Origin: Squalus acanthias
Taxonomy: Eukaryota
Length of the DNA: 64,000 nt
Assembly (NCBI GenBank): GCA_030390025.1
Contig: CM059431.1
Span: 138,634,001 to 138,698,000, forward strand
Direction of reading: 5' to 3'
The first letter of the stretch is position 1, and the number at the start of each line of letters is the position of its first letter. Of the stretch, positions 47,891-58,816 are shown piece after piece. The notes beneath the pieces were generated by a model. It was not told the DNA's origin. It was given only the letters and a program-made list of their open reading frames with translations, and made no database searches. The position numbers and the translations under genes were made by a program.

Positions 47891-48584
47891 AATGGATTCA
47901 CAGGTCTCTCCAGGCCTAGATTCAAGGCTGCAATGAGCAGGGTGTGTCTGGGGAGCAAGTTGCCCACCCCCCCCCCCCCCCCGCTTTAAGAACTGGCCGG
48001 TGCCAGTGTGTCTGTGTTCCCTCGCTAACTGGCAGCACCTGCGCTGCGCTCGCGCGCTGAGTTAGCGCCTCACTGCTCGGCCTTTTCGCCTTAAGACAGG
48101 TGTGCAGCACCTGATTTAGCGCTCCACTCACCTCCCGGGGCGGTAAAAGTGAAGTTTCCAGTCAGTGGCGATAATTAGCGCCAGGCGCTAATATTTGCGT
48201 CCAGATGATATTTGCGCCCCAAACGGGGCGCGACCTAATTTTTCCCCCATATATTATTATTACTTATTCTTGATAGTATTTACTTCTTTTCACCCACCGT
48301 CCCTGCCCATCTCACCCCCTACATGCCTGTTCACCCGCTCTACTCCCCCAGTCCCTTGTGGTCCTGAGCTCCACACTCACTCACGCAGGAGCTGAGTGGG
48401 CGAGCTGCAGCCACCATTCCTTCCTTCCTTCCTGCGCCATGTGCTGCCTGCCTGGGTGTGTCTGTGAGCAGCAGCACATCCTGTCAGCGGCTCCAGACAA
48501 TGGCTGCTCACAGAAGCCGGGCGAGACCCCGCTCTGCAACACAGGCTGCGCGCTCATTTAAAGTGACGGTTCATTGAAAAGTGA

Positions 48585-48690
48585 TATACCATTGCAAAGT
48601 ACTATTATTTTGCAAGGTCTATTCCATTGCAAAGTACTATTATATTGCTAGGTCTATTCCATTGCAAAGTGCTATTCCATTTCAAAGGAC
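48585..48690. repeat. Short degenerate tandem repeat (ccattgcaaagt..tatt)
   Basis: Repeated ccattgcaaagtactatt / ggtctattcc units. Confidence 0.7.
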
Positions 48691-49315
48691 AATTATACAA
48701 TCATAAACATTTGCGGCACAGAAGGAGGCCATTCGGCCCATCGAGCCCATGTCGACTCTCTGCAAGAGCACTTCAGCTACTCCCACTGCCCCGGCCTTCC
48801 CAGTAGCCCTGATTTGTTTCCCTTCAGGTACATATCCAATTCCCTTTTGAAAGCCATGATTGAATCTGCCTCCACCACCCTTTCCGGCAGTGCATTCAAG
48901 ATCCTAACCACTCGCTGCGTCAAAAAGCTTTTCCTGATGTCGCCTTTAGTTCTTCTGCCAGTCACCTTAAATCTGTGTCCTCTGGATCTCGACCTTTCCG
49001 CCAATGGGAACAGTTTCTCTCGATCTGCTCTGTCTAGGCCCCGCATGATTTTGCACACCTCTATCAAATCTCCTCTCAACCTTCTCTGCTCTAAGGAGAG
49101 GAGCCCCAGCTTCTCCAGTCTATCCACATAACTGAAGTCCCTCATCCCTGGAACCATTCTTCTAAATATTGTCTGCACCCTTTCTAAGGCCTTCACATCC
49201 TTCCTAAAGTTTGGTACCAGGAATTGGACACAATACTTCAGTTGAGGTCGGACCACTGTTTTATAAAGATTCATTATAACTTCCTTGCTTTTGTACACTA
49301 TGCCTCTATTTATGA

Positions 49316-49464
49316 TAGGTACACATGCATTGTTCTCTATCTATATATGCTTTGTCGAGTCTGTATTTCTTTACTACTTCACCTGAGGAAGGGGCGATCG
49401 ATAGCTCCGAAAGCTTGTGATTTCAAATAAAACTGTTGGACTATAACCTGGTGTTGTGCGACCT
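49316..49464 (+). mobile_element. 149-bp Penelope-pLTR-type mini-insert with hammerhead motif (49379-49420)
   Basis: 12-bp TSD CTCTATTTATGA (49304-49315, 49465-49476); TCAC-CTGAGGA-A-GGGGC..GCTCC-GAAAGCTT-GTGA, then AATAAA. Confidence 0.85.
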
Positions 49465-50101
49465 CTCTATTTATGAAGCCCAGGATCCCGTTTAATGTTT
49501 TAAACACTTTCTCAACCTGCCCTGCCACCTTCAACGATTTGTGCACATATATCCCCATGTCTCTCTGTTCCTGCACCCCCTTTAGAATTGTACCCTTTAG
49601 TTTATATTGCCTCTCCTCATTCTTCCTACCAAAATGTATCACTTTTCAATTTTCTGCTTTAAATTTCATCTGCCCCGTGTCCGCCCATTTCACCAGCCTG
49701 CCTATGTCTTCCTGAATTCTATCACTCTCCTCCTCACTGTTCACTATGCTTCCAAGTTTTGTGTCATCTGCAAATTTTAAAATTGTGCCCTGTACACCCA
49801 AGTCCAAGTCACTAATATATATCAAGTAAATCAGTGGTCCTGGTACTGACCCCTGGGGAACACCACTGTATATCTTCCTTCAGTCCAAAAAACAACCGTT
49901 CATCACTACTCTCTGTTTCCTGTCACTTAGCCAATTTCGTATCAATGTTGCCACTGTCCCTTTTATTCTATGGGCATTAACTTTGCTGGCAATCCTATTT
50001 TGTGGCACTTTATCAAATGCCTTTTTGAAGTCCATGTACACCACATAAACTGCATTGCCCTCATCAACCCTTCCTGTTACCTCATCAAAAAACTCGATCA
50101 A

Positions 50102-50370
50102 CACCTCCTCTTGCCTTGATCATCTCTTAATGTCTCTCAATGTCTCTTAATCTCTCCTTTTGTTCTTTCATCCCCTCTCCCTTTTCCCAGCTTTATCCTT
50201 GCTTTAAATCTGTTTCATTTCCTGCTTTATCCAGTTCTGACGAAGGGTCTTCGCCCTGAAACGTTAACTCTGTTTCTCTCTCTCCACGGATGCTGCCTTG
50301 CCTCCTGAGTTTTTCCAGCGTTTTTTGTTGTTATTTTGGATTTCCAGCATCTGCAGTATTTTGCTATCGT
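50102..50370 (+). mobile_element. Penelope pLTR fragment with hammerhead motif (50233-50269)
   Basis: Close reverse-complement match to 5061-5310; AGTTCTGACGAAGGGTCTTCGCCCTGAAACGTTAACT. Confidence 0.88.
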
Positions 50371-51124
50371 ACTCATTTAGTACGTCAGCCATGCCCTCTC
50401 CCTCCATGTGTAGGTGTCCTTTTTGGTCCCTAATCGGCCCCACCCCTCCTCTTACTACTCATTTATTATTGGTATGCCTATAGAAGACTTTTGGATTCCA
50501 TTTTATGTTAGCTGCCAGTGTATTGTCATACTCTCTCTTTGCCCCTCTTTCCTTTTTCACTTCCCCTATGAACTTTTTATATTCAACATGGTTCTCACTT
50601 GTACACTCAACTAGAGATCTGTCATACGCCCCCTTTTTCTGCTTCATGTTCCTCTCTATCTCTTTCGTCATCCAGGGAGCTCTGGCGTTTGTTGCCCTAC
50701 CTTTTCCCCTTGTGGGAATGTACCTCAACTGTACCCAAACCAACTCTTCTTTAAAGGCATTCGATTGTAGTTTTGCCAGCAAATTTTTGATTCGAATTCA
50801 CCCAGGCCAAATCCGTTCTCAACCCACTGAAAGTGGCCTTCCACCAATTAACTATTTTACTCTAGATTGCTCCTTGTCCTTTTCCATAGCTAATCTAAAC
50901 CTTATGATTCTATGATCATTGTTCCCTAAATGTTCCCCTACTGACTCTGGCTCCACTTGACCCACCTCATTCCCCAGAGTCAGATCAAGCAATGTCTCCT
51001 TCCTTGCTGGACCGGAAACATATTGATCAAGAAAGTTCTCCTGAACACACTTCAGAAATTCTTCCCCCTCTCTGCCCTTTGCACTATTACTATCCCAGTC
51101 TATATTTGGATATTTGAAGACCCC

Positions 51125-51432
51125 TATTTCTGTCTTCTATTTCTAATTAAAAAGTTAGTGCTCCCCATTCTTCCCCTGTTCTCTGTTTCCAATTAAACAG
51201 TTACTGTGTTCCGCTAAATTCCCCAGTCCGCTATTTCTATTTAATCAGTTGTTGTGTTCCCCTAAATCGTCCTGTCTGCTATATCTAACTAAACAGTTAC
51301 TGTGTTCCCCATTCTTCCCCTGTTCTCTATTTCAATTTAAACAGTTAACGTGATCCCCTAAATTCCTCTGTACTATATTTCTAATAGAACAGTTACTGTA
51401 TTCTCCTCAATTTCCCATGTTCTGCTATTTCC
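51125..51432. repeat. ~40-bp degenerate minisatellite (~8 copies)
   Basis: Unit like CTATTTCTAATTAAACAGTTACTGTGTTCCCCTAAATTCCCCTGTT. Confidence 0.85.
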
Positions 51433-51434
51433 AG

Positions 51435-52970
51435 TAATGCCATCTCGAGCTCATCTTGTCCATGAAACCCAGCTCCGACTCTCTCGACCCTCTTCCCACT
51501 AAATTGCTGACCATCCCCTTCCCTCCCTAGCCCCATGTTGGCTGATATTGTGAACGGTTCCCTCTGCTCCGGTACTGTTCCACACCCTTCCAAATCTGTC
51601 GTCATCAACCCTCCTAACAAATCCACACTGACCCCTCTATCTTTACAAACTACTGCCCATCTCCAAACTCCTGGTCCTCTCCAAAGTTCTTGAACATGTA
51701 GTCTTCTTTCAAATCCGTGCCCATGTTTCCCGCAACTCCATGTGTGAACCTCTCCAATCTGGTTCCCGCCTCTGCCACAGCACTGAAATGGCCCTTAGCA
51801 AAGTCACAAATGATATCCTATGTGTGACTGTGGCGCACTATCCCTCCTCATTCTTCCCCTTTTGACACGGTTGACCACACCATCCTCCTCCAATCCATTC
51901 CTCCATTATTGAGCTGTGTGGGACCGCCCTCGCCTGTTTCCATTCTTACCCCGCAGTCAGGACCAGAGAATATGCTGCAATGCCTTCTCTTCCTGATCCC
52001 GCACCGTTACCTCTGGAATCCCCCAGGGAACTATCTTCGCCCCCTCCTATTGTTCATTAACATGCTGCCCTCGGCGACATCATTTGAAAACACAATGTCA
52101 GATTCCACATATAAGTTGATGCCACACAACTCTACCTCATCACCACCTCTCTCAACCAATCCATTGCCTCTGTGTTATCAAACCGCGTGTCTGATATCCA
52201 GTCCTGGATGAACAAAAATATCCTCCAATTAAGCATTGGGAAGACTGCAGCCATTGTCTATGGTCCCCGCACAAACTCCATTCACTAGCCACTGTTTCCA
52301 TCCCCCTCCCTGGCCAGTGTCTCAGGTTGAACCGGACTATTGTCCACCTCGCTGTCCTGTTTGACCCTGAGCTGAGCTACTGACCGCAGATCCAGTCCAT
52401 CACAAAGACTGTGTCACATCGATCAGCTCTGCTCCATCTGGCACAAAATCATCATTCATATCTTTGTCACCTCCAGACTTGTCTTAGCCAATGCTCTCCT
52501 GAACTGTCTCACATCTTCCGCTCTCCATAAACATGAGCTCATCCAAAACTCTGCTGCCTGTAACCTAACTCGCACTAACTCCGAGTCACAGGGCAACCCT
52601 GTGCTCGCTGATATACACTGGCTCCCTGTCGAGAAACATCTCGATTTCAAAATTCTCCATCATTGACAAGCCTCTCCCTATCTCTGCAACCTCCCCCAGC
52701 TCTACAGGTCCTATAATGTGCAGTTACATCCTTACAAGAGTAGATATTGCGAGATTTAATTTTTAAAGTCTCTGATAAATCTGCGGTGCTCCTACACGGC
52801 CTCTTGTGCATCGCTCACATTCTTCAGCCCTCCATTGGTGGCTGTGCATTCAGCTGTTCAGTCCTTAAACTCTGGCATTACCTCCCTAAAGCTCTCCAAC
52901 TCTCACCTACTTTAAGACGCTCCTTAAAACGTCCCGGTTTGACCACGGTTTTGGTCATCTGTCCTAAATT
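51435..52970 (+). mobile_element. Degenerate L2 LINE (RT to 3' end)
   Basis: L2 RT remnants (aaactactgcccatctccaaactc, tttgacacggttgaccac, gagctcatccaaaactctgctgcc); homologous to 16860-18705. Confidence 0.85.
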
Positions 52971-53022
52971 TTGGCCTGGATTTTGCAGTCAGCAGTGGAC
53001 TAGCAGCGCTCGCCGTTCATTA

Positions 53023-53450
53023 TGTTGTGGGAAATCACCACTCGGAGTCAGACTTAAAGATTCAACATGCAGTTTATTGAACAAAGCTTTGGGAGAAGTA
53101 GTGCACAGTCACTTCTTCTCAATTTAAAATGGCTGTTGTACTTCTTTTTATACATTCCACAAGCACAGCAGTCTTGGTTAGTTACACTTTAGCCAATTAT
53201 TCCCCCCTAGCAACAATGACCTCCAATTACATTCCTTTAAGAACAACCGTTATCTGGACCTTGGTGGTCTGGCTTTTGTCTGTTCTGTAGTTTCAGTAAA
53301 TGACAGGAGGTAGCTCAAGGTTGGTTAGCACATTTTAATGTCTTTTCACAGAGTCCATTTTGTTTCACAGAGTCCCTTTGTTTCACAGAGTCCATTTTGT
53401 TTCACAGAGTCCATTTTGTTTCAGGTAACCATCTCACTTTTACCACAACA
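53023..53450 (-). repeat. ERV 3' LTR
   Basis: TGTTGTGG...CCACAACA; preceded on the minus strand by PPT AAAAGGGGGAAT (53451-53462); AATAAA at 53073-53078; TATAAAA near 53146-53152; 19-bp U3 repeats. Confidence 0.96.
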
Positions 53451-53576
53451 ATTCCCCCTTTTGGTCCTGGAGGATGTTCACGAAATCCAGATGACCAAAC
53501 GACCTCTATGTGTGTGTGTATATCTTTGGGGAATCCACCTCCCTGGTGTTCCGCACATATGACTCCAAGTCACTCT

Positions 53577-55037
53577 TCACAGGTACCTGTCTAGGTCGCC
53601 CTCTCCTTCTCTGGCGTCTTCGGGTGTTCCCATTAGATGTTCTTCCTCAGTGGCCACGCTGGCCCCTGGCACAATCCGAGCCATCATGACTTTACAGCAG
53701 ATATTAAAACATCCGATAATCAAACAACAGACAATTATTATTATAACAAGAATAATTAGTCCATGCATTAAATAAGACCCCCAAGATCCCCCCAATAACC
53801 ATTCGAGCCAGCCATTCCCCTTCTTGGGGCCTTGTCTAAAGTCATCGAGCTGCTTTCTTATGTCATTAATGGCTTGGGTGATGTTGTAGGATTCATCTGT
53901 AACATGCGTTATACATTTGTCTCCGATTATTGTGCATACTCCCCCCTGCTGGGCTAACTGATAATCCACAGCATAGCGGGTCTGCTGCGCGTACAATCTT
54001 AATTCAGCCAGTTCTCGGTTGATGGCATCCAGCCCCTTTGCTGTGCTGTTTCCCAGAATGGTTAATCCACAGATAAGATAGTTCCTATTTTTAGTACTAA
54101 CCACTCCTGCTGTTCCCCCCAGAGACAGGGCCCCTAGAAACCCGTAGCCGAGTGAGGATCCCAGTGTGACCGGATCCTTCCAATCGGCACAAAATTCCTG
54201 GCTGATGGCCCGTGTTACTATCTTTCTCCGGGTATGCCCCTTTCGAGGGCATGGAACAGTGAGTGGTCCTATTGCTCCTACTGCAAAGAGGATCGGGAGG
54301 GTTGGTGTTGCCGTCGTGAAGGTACCGTCGAGGAGGAACACAAATCCCTTTTTGGCTCGGTAACATTTAACATCCTGGTTATTTCTCCGTACGAACTGAT
54401 TATACCGCCAATTGCTCGGTTCACTTGACTTTCCACCCGATCCTACCAATTGGTAAGTATCAAACGGGTATGTCCATGTGGCTGAGCTGACATGAGTCCC
54501 ATTACACTGACCACAAATGAATTGCCTCCCCGCGGTCACATTCAGGCATCTTTGCTCGTTACAGGTACAAGCAAACTGGCCTCTGTTTACTTGACAGTGC
54601 TGACGGGCACACTGCGTCTGTACACAGGAAACATTCTCGGGGACCAAGGCATATGCACACCCCCATCCTTGTCCCGAGAAGCAAAGCGGGTAGCTTGTAT
54701 CGTCTGAGCATACTCTCCCGTTTACTCCCCGGACCCCCCTGCACACAGGATTTGTGGAGTTTATTAGTTCCACACATCTTCCCTGTATACCCCTCCCATA
54801 TTGACCTGTATGTCCCTTACAGGGTACGTCCGAGGTATCTGCCGTATATAAATCAAGGGGGGTCCACCCGGGGGTGGCCACGAACAGGGCCTCTACGGAT
54901 TGGGCTAGCGGGTAACACACGGTTCGATTACCGTGTAAATGTACATGGGTCTTGTAAAATAAGTTATCTTTTAATCCTGTCAGCTTTACAACCGTGACAA
55001 CATAGAGTGACGCAATTATATACGCTATCTTAGACAT
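53577..55037 (-). CDS. env: Retroviral envelope glycoprotein, intact, 486 aa from the ATG at 55037
   Basis: Hydrophobic N-terminus, Cys-rich SU, basic cleavage region RRKIVTR, fusion-peptide-like LGYGFLGALSLGGTAG, heptad plus ISD-like QTRYAVDYQLAQQGGVC, CX6C, TM LIILVIIIIVCCLIIG, cytoplasmic tail. Confidence 0.92.
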   Translation of the reverse strand: MSKIAYIIASLYVVTVVKLTGLKDNLFYKTHVHLHGNRTVCYPLAQSVEALFVATPGWTPLDLYTADTSDVPCKGHTGQYGRGIQGRCVELINSTNPVCRGVRGVNGRVCSDDTSYPLCFSGQGWGCAYALVPENVSCVQTQCARQHCQVNRGQFACTCNEQRCLNVTAGRQFICGQCNGTHVSSATWTYPFDTYQLVGSGGKSSEPSNWRYNQFVRRNNQDVKCYRAKKGFVFLLDGTFTTATPTLPILFAVGAIGPLTVPCPRKGHTRRKIVTRAISQEFCADWKDPVTLGSSLGYGFLGALSLGGTAGVVSTKNRNYLICGLTILGNSTAKGLDAINRELAELRLYAQQTRYAVDYQLAQQGGVCTIIGDKCITHVTDESYNITQAINDIRKQLDDFRQGPKKGNGWLEWLLGGSWGSYLMHGLIILVIIIIVCCLIIGCFNICCKVMMARIVPGASVATEEEHLMGTPEDAREGEGDLDRYL

Positions 55038-55143
55038 ATTTGTTACGTTCCAACAATATAATATTAATTTGGACTTGCTTGCAGTCGTCACCTGTTTGGG
55101 GAAGGTATCCTGGTTACTTTATTGATTAATCGTGAATCGTATG

Positions 55144-55793
55144 CTACTCATTAATTTCTTTGTACAATTTCAGCTGGGTCCAATGTTTCCATACACCCTT
55201 CCCTCTTATGTCCAGACAGGCACAGGTGTCTCCACTGATTATGACCTCATATGGGCCATTCCATTTTGGTGCAAACCCCGGTTTTTCAGGTAATGTTTTT
55301 ACCATGACGCGACGTCCTGCCATCGGGACGGCAGGGAGCATTTCAAGCTCTCTCTGTGCGTCTCTTTCTTCCTGATTGTCTCTTACTAATTTACGCATCC
55401 CTTTTAGTTGGGCGCTTAGTTCCAAAACATATCGCTTAATTTTGTCCTTTAGTGGGCCTACATCGGCCCCACCTGTTATGATGTTTTCTGGTAATTGCAT
55501 CGCCCTTCCTGTCATTAGTTCATAAGGGGTTAATCCGGTTGTCCGGTTTGTCGTGGCTCTTAACTTCATTAATATAATCGGTAATACTTCTGTCCACGTT
55601 TTTCCTGACGTTTGCATGGCCTTGGCCAGGGCATTCTTAAGGGTTCGGTTCATGCGTTCTACCATTCCAGAACTCTGCGGATGGTAAGGGATGTGGAATT
55701 TTTGTTTTATTCCCATCAGTTGGCACACTGTTTTTATCACCTTTCCGGTGAAGTGCGACCCTTGATCCGAATCAATTTGTATGGGTGTTCCCC
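55144..55793 (-). pseudogene. pol: Integrase C-terminal half (pol remnant)
   Basis: WGTPIQIDSDQGSHFTG...HIPYHPQSSGMVERMNRTLK...TGLTPYELMTGR...PKWNGPY; HHCC zinc finger and first catalytic Asp are absent. Confidence 0.93.
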
Positions 55794-56308
55794 ATATTAA
55801 CTCTGTTCCCTTTAGTCTGTCCTAGATCGCGTTCCCAGCATATATCCCCGATCGGTCGGCCCTTTCCTGATGTATTGGTAAGGGCTAGAAAAGGAGGTAC
55901 TTTCGTATAATCATACGTCGGCTTGTACCATCCCTTAAAATTTTCTAACGAATATCCTCCCCCCTTAAACTCGTTTCTTAGGCTAGACCACTTTTGTTCC
56001 CATTTAATTCCGAAGGTGGATAGGGTGGTATTTTTCTGTTTTGTATGATTTTTATTAATTATCCATTCTGCCATATCTGTGAGGTTCAAGGGTATCGGTC
56101 GCAGAGGTATTCCTCCTTTCACATGGGTAGGAATATGGCTACATACCCAACAGGCGTTTATCCCACTTTTTTTGGCATACTTATATGACATATATACAAA
56201 AAAAGTGTTCATATGTAATTCTCGTTTCTTTCGGGGTTCTTTTCTTCTCCCTTGGCAGGCTATACATATCAGTCCGATTAGTAGGTAAAACGTAAATAAC
56301 AGCTTCAT
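55788..56308 (-). pseudogene. N-terminal fragment of a second env (signal peptide plus CWVC SU), joined out of frame to integrase
   Basis: MKLLFTFYLLIGLICIACQG signal peptide, RKKR, NTF, CWVCSHIP CXXC motif; ends at RVNMG. Confidence 0.8.
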
Positions 56309-58816
56309 TATTTAAGTCTTTTCAAATTCAAATTCAACTGTCCTTTCCGGTGTTCCAATTCTGCCCCGCCTGGGGTATCCTCTGTTTCTTCTATCTTCCT
56401 GATTTCAAGCAACATTACAGTTTAACATTTAATCAACAAATCATGGACTTAAAAGATTCTCCAGATCTCTCTTTTACTCATATCCATCTTGTGGATAATT
56501 CTTACTAAACATGATTTCTCCTTAGCCCTCAATTGTCCCAATTCAGATTCCAGGTAACTCTCCACTTCAACTTCAATTTCAATCCTTCTAACAGGTACCA
56601 GTGTGTTTAACTCTATTCTGATTGTTTCATTAATTAGATAGTTTCTCGATGGAGTATGTGTCAATGCTTTAAAAGTTGTCTTGCTCTCCTGAGCCACATT
56701 AACCATTTCATGTCTTGCTGTTGTCCAGTAACTGAGCATGTCTGAGACCCGTTCTTCAGTGCAGATTCACCATACATTCCCAGATGGTAATCGCTTCATA
56801 CGTAACAAATCACATTTGCACACTCATACCGGTATCTCAATATCATGCCACATGTGCCTTTCTCGGGCTTTCAGGTATCTTATCAAAAGACTGTCTTTGT
56901 TCATCTTCTTCTGCATGGTCCCAATATCTTGGATAGTGGCCAGGCTATCAAATTCAGTTTTCTTAAAAGTTCATTATAGGCAGGGACACAAATGTCTCCA
57001 AGAGAAAGCTATCAATTTACTATTCTTAACTGCACTTTCCTGACTTTCACTAGCAAGTTTTTTTAAAATTCCCATTCAGCAGTGTAATTTCTCCTGTTTC
57101 AATTTTATACATCCCATTAATTACCATTCATATCTCATTCATGAGCCCTGGAGTAACTTTACTGTCCAGTACAATATTTAAGATTGAAAACATAGATTAA
57201 ACATTCTCACTAGGTCCAAGTTACTAACACTTTTTATTTATCATTATTTTAGAGGATCTTTTATTTTCCCAAAAGTAACCCAAAATATATCTAGTGCCTG
57301 AGTCTATATTGTTATTACAAAATTATCCCAAAATCCAAACAGCAGTACTGTTGAACTGATTGACAAAACCCATGTTCAATTTCATTTCTATCAATTTATC
57401 TTCCATTTCCAATTTCAGAAACAAATGATTTCCAGGCTAGGTGGTTTATACAGTGTTTTAACATTAGAGACAGAAGTGCTGCAATTAGTTTACAAGGTAA
57501 CTTCCATATAACAAAAGAAAGAAGAGAATCCATTGTGACTCTGCTTAGAGCCCAAGGGGTTAATTTATCAAATCATAATTTTCCTTCTGTCACTGTGGGG
57601 AAATATTAACTTAAAATTAATAATGTCCAATATCTTTAAATGTCACACCGAAGTTATTGCTTGATGAACTTAATCAGCTGTCAGTGGAAAGGGTTAACTC
57701 CTTTGCAGGTTTTTAAGAAGGTGGAGCAAAACATTATCAGGCGCACGCAATTGCGTCACTTCACGTAAATTAAAAAAAAACTTTCCCGATCCAAAAAAAG
57801 CAGTTGTGTTTTCACACTTTAACTGAACACGAACAGAACAGATAAAACAAAACAAAATAGCACATGCTTGCAGAACTAGTAAATTATATCATATTTCTTA
57901 TTGTCCTTTCTTCAGATATCTTTCCAAAATACTGTAAAAACATTGAATTTAAACAAATCAAATCAGAGTGCTTTGGAAGATTTCACCATAGCAACCGCAA
58001 CTCCAAGGTTAAATCTTAGACCGAAACTTAATCTTTTGTTAAACAAACTTTTTTTTTTTTTTTTTTGTTGTTCTTCTCAGTTTTTACACACCAGCTTAAC
58101 TTAAATTGTAATTCAAATTATTATTTATTTATTTTTATTTATTTTTTTCTCTGGCACAATGCTTTCCCTGCAAAGTCTGATATAAAATTCCTGTCTATCC
58201 CTGACAGTAAAGGTGAATTTCCTTGTGATTCCTCTGCCAATGGTATGGACCAGAACCCATTCTGTATCCAAGACTGTAAATATTTCAAAATCTGGTTTCA
58301 GACCATTAAATATCTTATTCAATGCGGTCTACACAAATTTACACCAACCAGAATTTCACCGTGCACAATGAAAGTCTGGTTTTTAATAGGTTAATTAACC
58401 TCAATAATTCCAATTCAATCCAGATCAATTTTTTTTAAACTAACCAGTGTCAGTTGCAAAATAAAGAACACATCGTCACATTAACAAAGAAACAATTACC
58501 ATGCCTTGTAAACATTCAAATTAATTGTCATTTTCTTTCCAGGCACATTGGCAACTGTGACTTCAAGGCTGAAGCTTATACCTCTTTTGTAAAACAATTA
58601 ACAAACTTAAAACAACACACTTGAGTATCATTCAAGACAAGTCTTCAAAGAGTTAAAAACAGCTTTTAGCTCTCTGTACAAAAGAGTGGGTGGAGCTAAA
58701 ACATAAACAAACTGACAGACACTTTTTTTAGGCAGATTTTTTTTTCCAGGGACAAAATAATACTGTAACTTAACAAACTTAAACATTCACACAATCAGGA
58801 ATCTTTTACACACTTT

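Larger units (their letters stand above)
44071..48248. mobile_element. Full-length PIF/Harbinger DNA transposon (4178 bp)
   Basis: TIRs GGGGTAAAAATT / AATTTTTCCCCC; 3-bp TSD ATA (44068-44070, 48249-48251); convergent transposase and Myb/SANT genes; empty site visible in macro-repeat copy 1 near 34030. Confidence 0.95.
32945..48292. repeat. ~1.9-kb tandem macro-repeat, three copies (starts ~32945, ~34832, ~42942); copies 2 and 3 interrupted by TEs
   Basis: Same succession of blocks in each copy (aaagctgct..gatctttg, Penelope palindrome, (TG)n(AG)n, tctcatgtctg, ttttcagaataatccatttga). Copy 2 = 34832-35430 plus 41740-42941; copy 3 is broken at 44070. Confidence 0.9.
48700..51125 (-). mobile_element. 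CR1 LINE interrupted by two Penelope-derived inserts
   Basis: ORFs 48777-49298, 49379-49642, 49880-50104, 50459-50782 with CR1 motifs. Confidence 0.92.

Noticed and set aside
48295..48570. GC-rich patch that might be a promoter or first exon
   Set aside because: No convincing ORF, splice donor or linked downstream exons.
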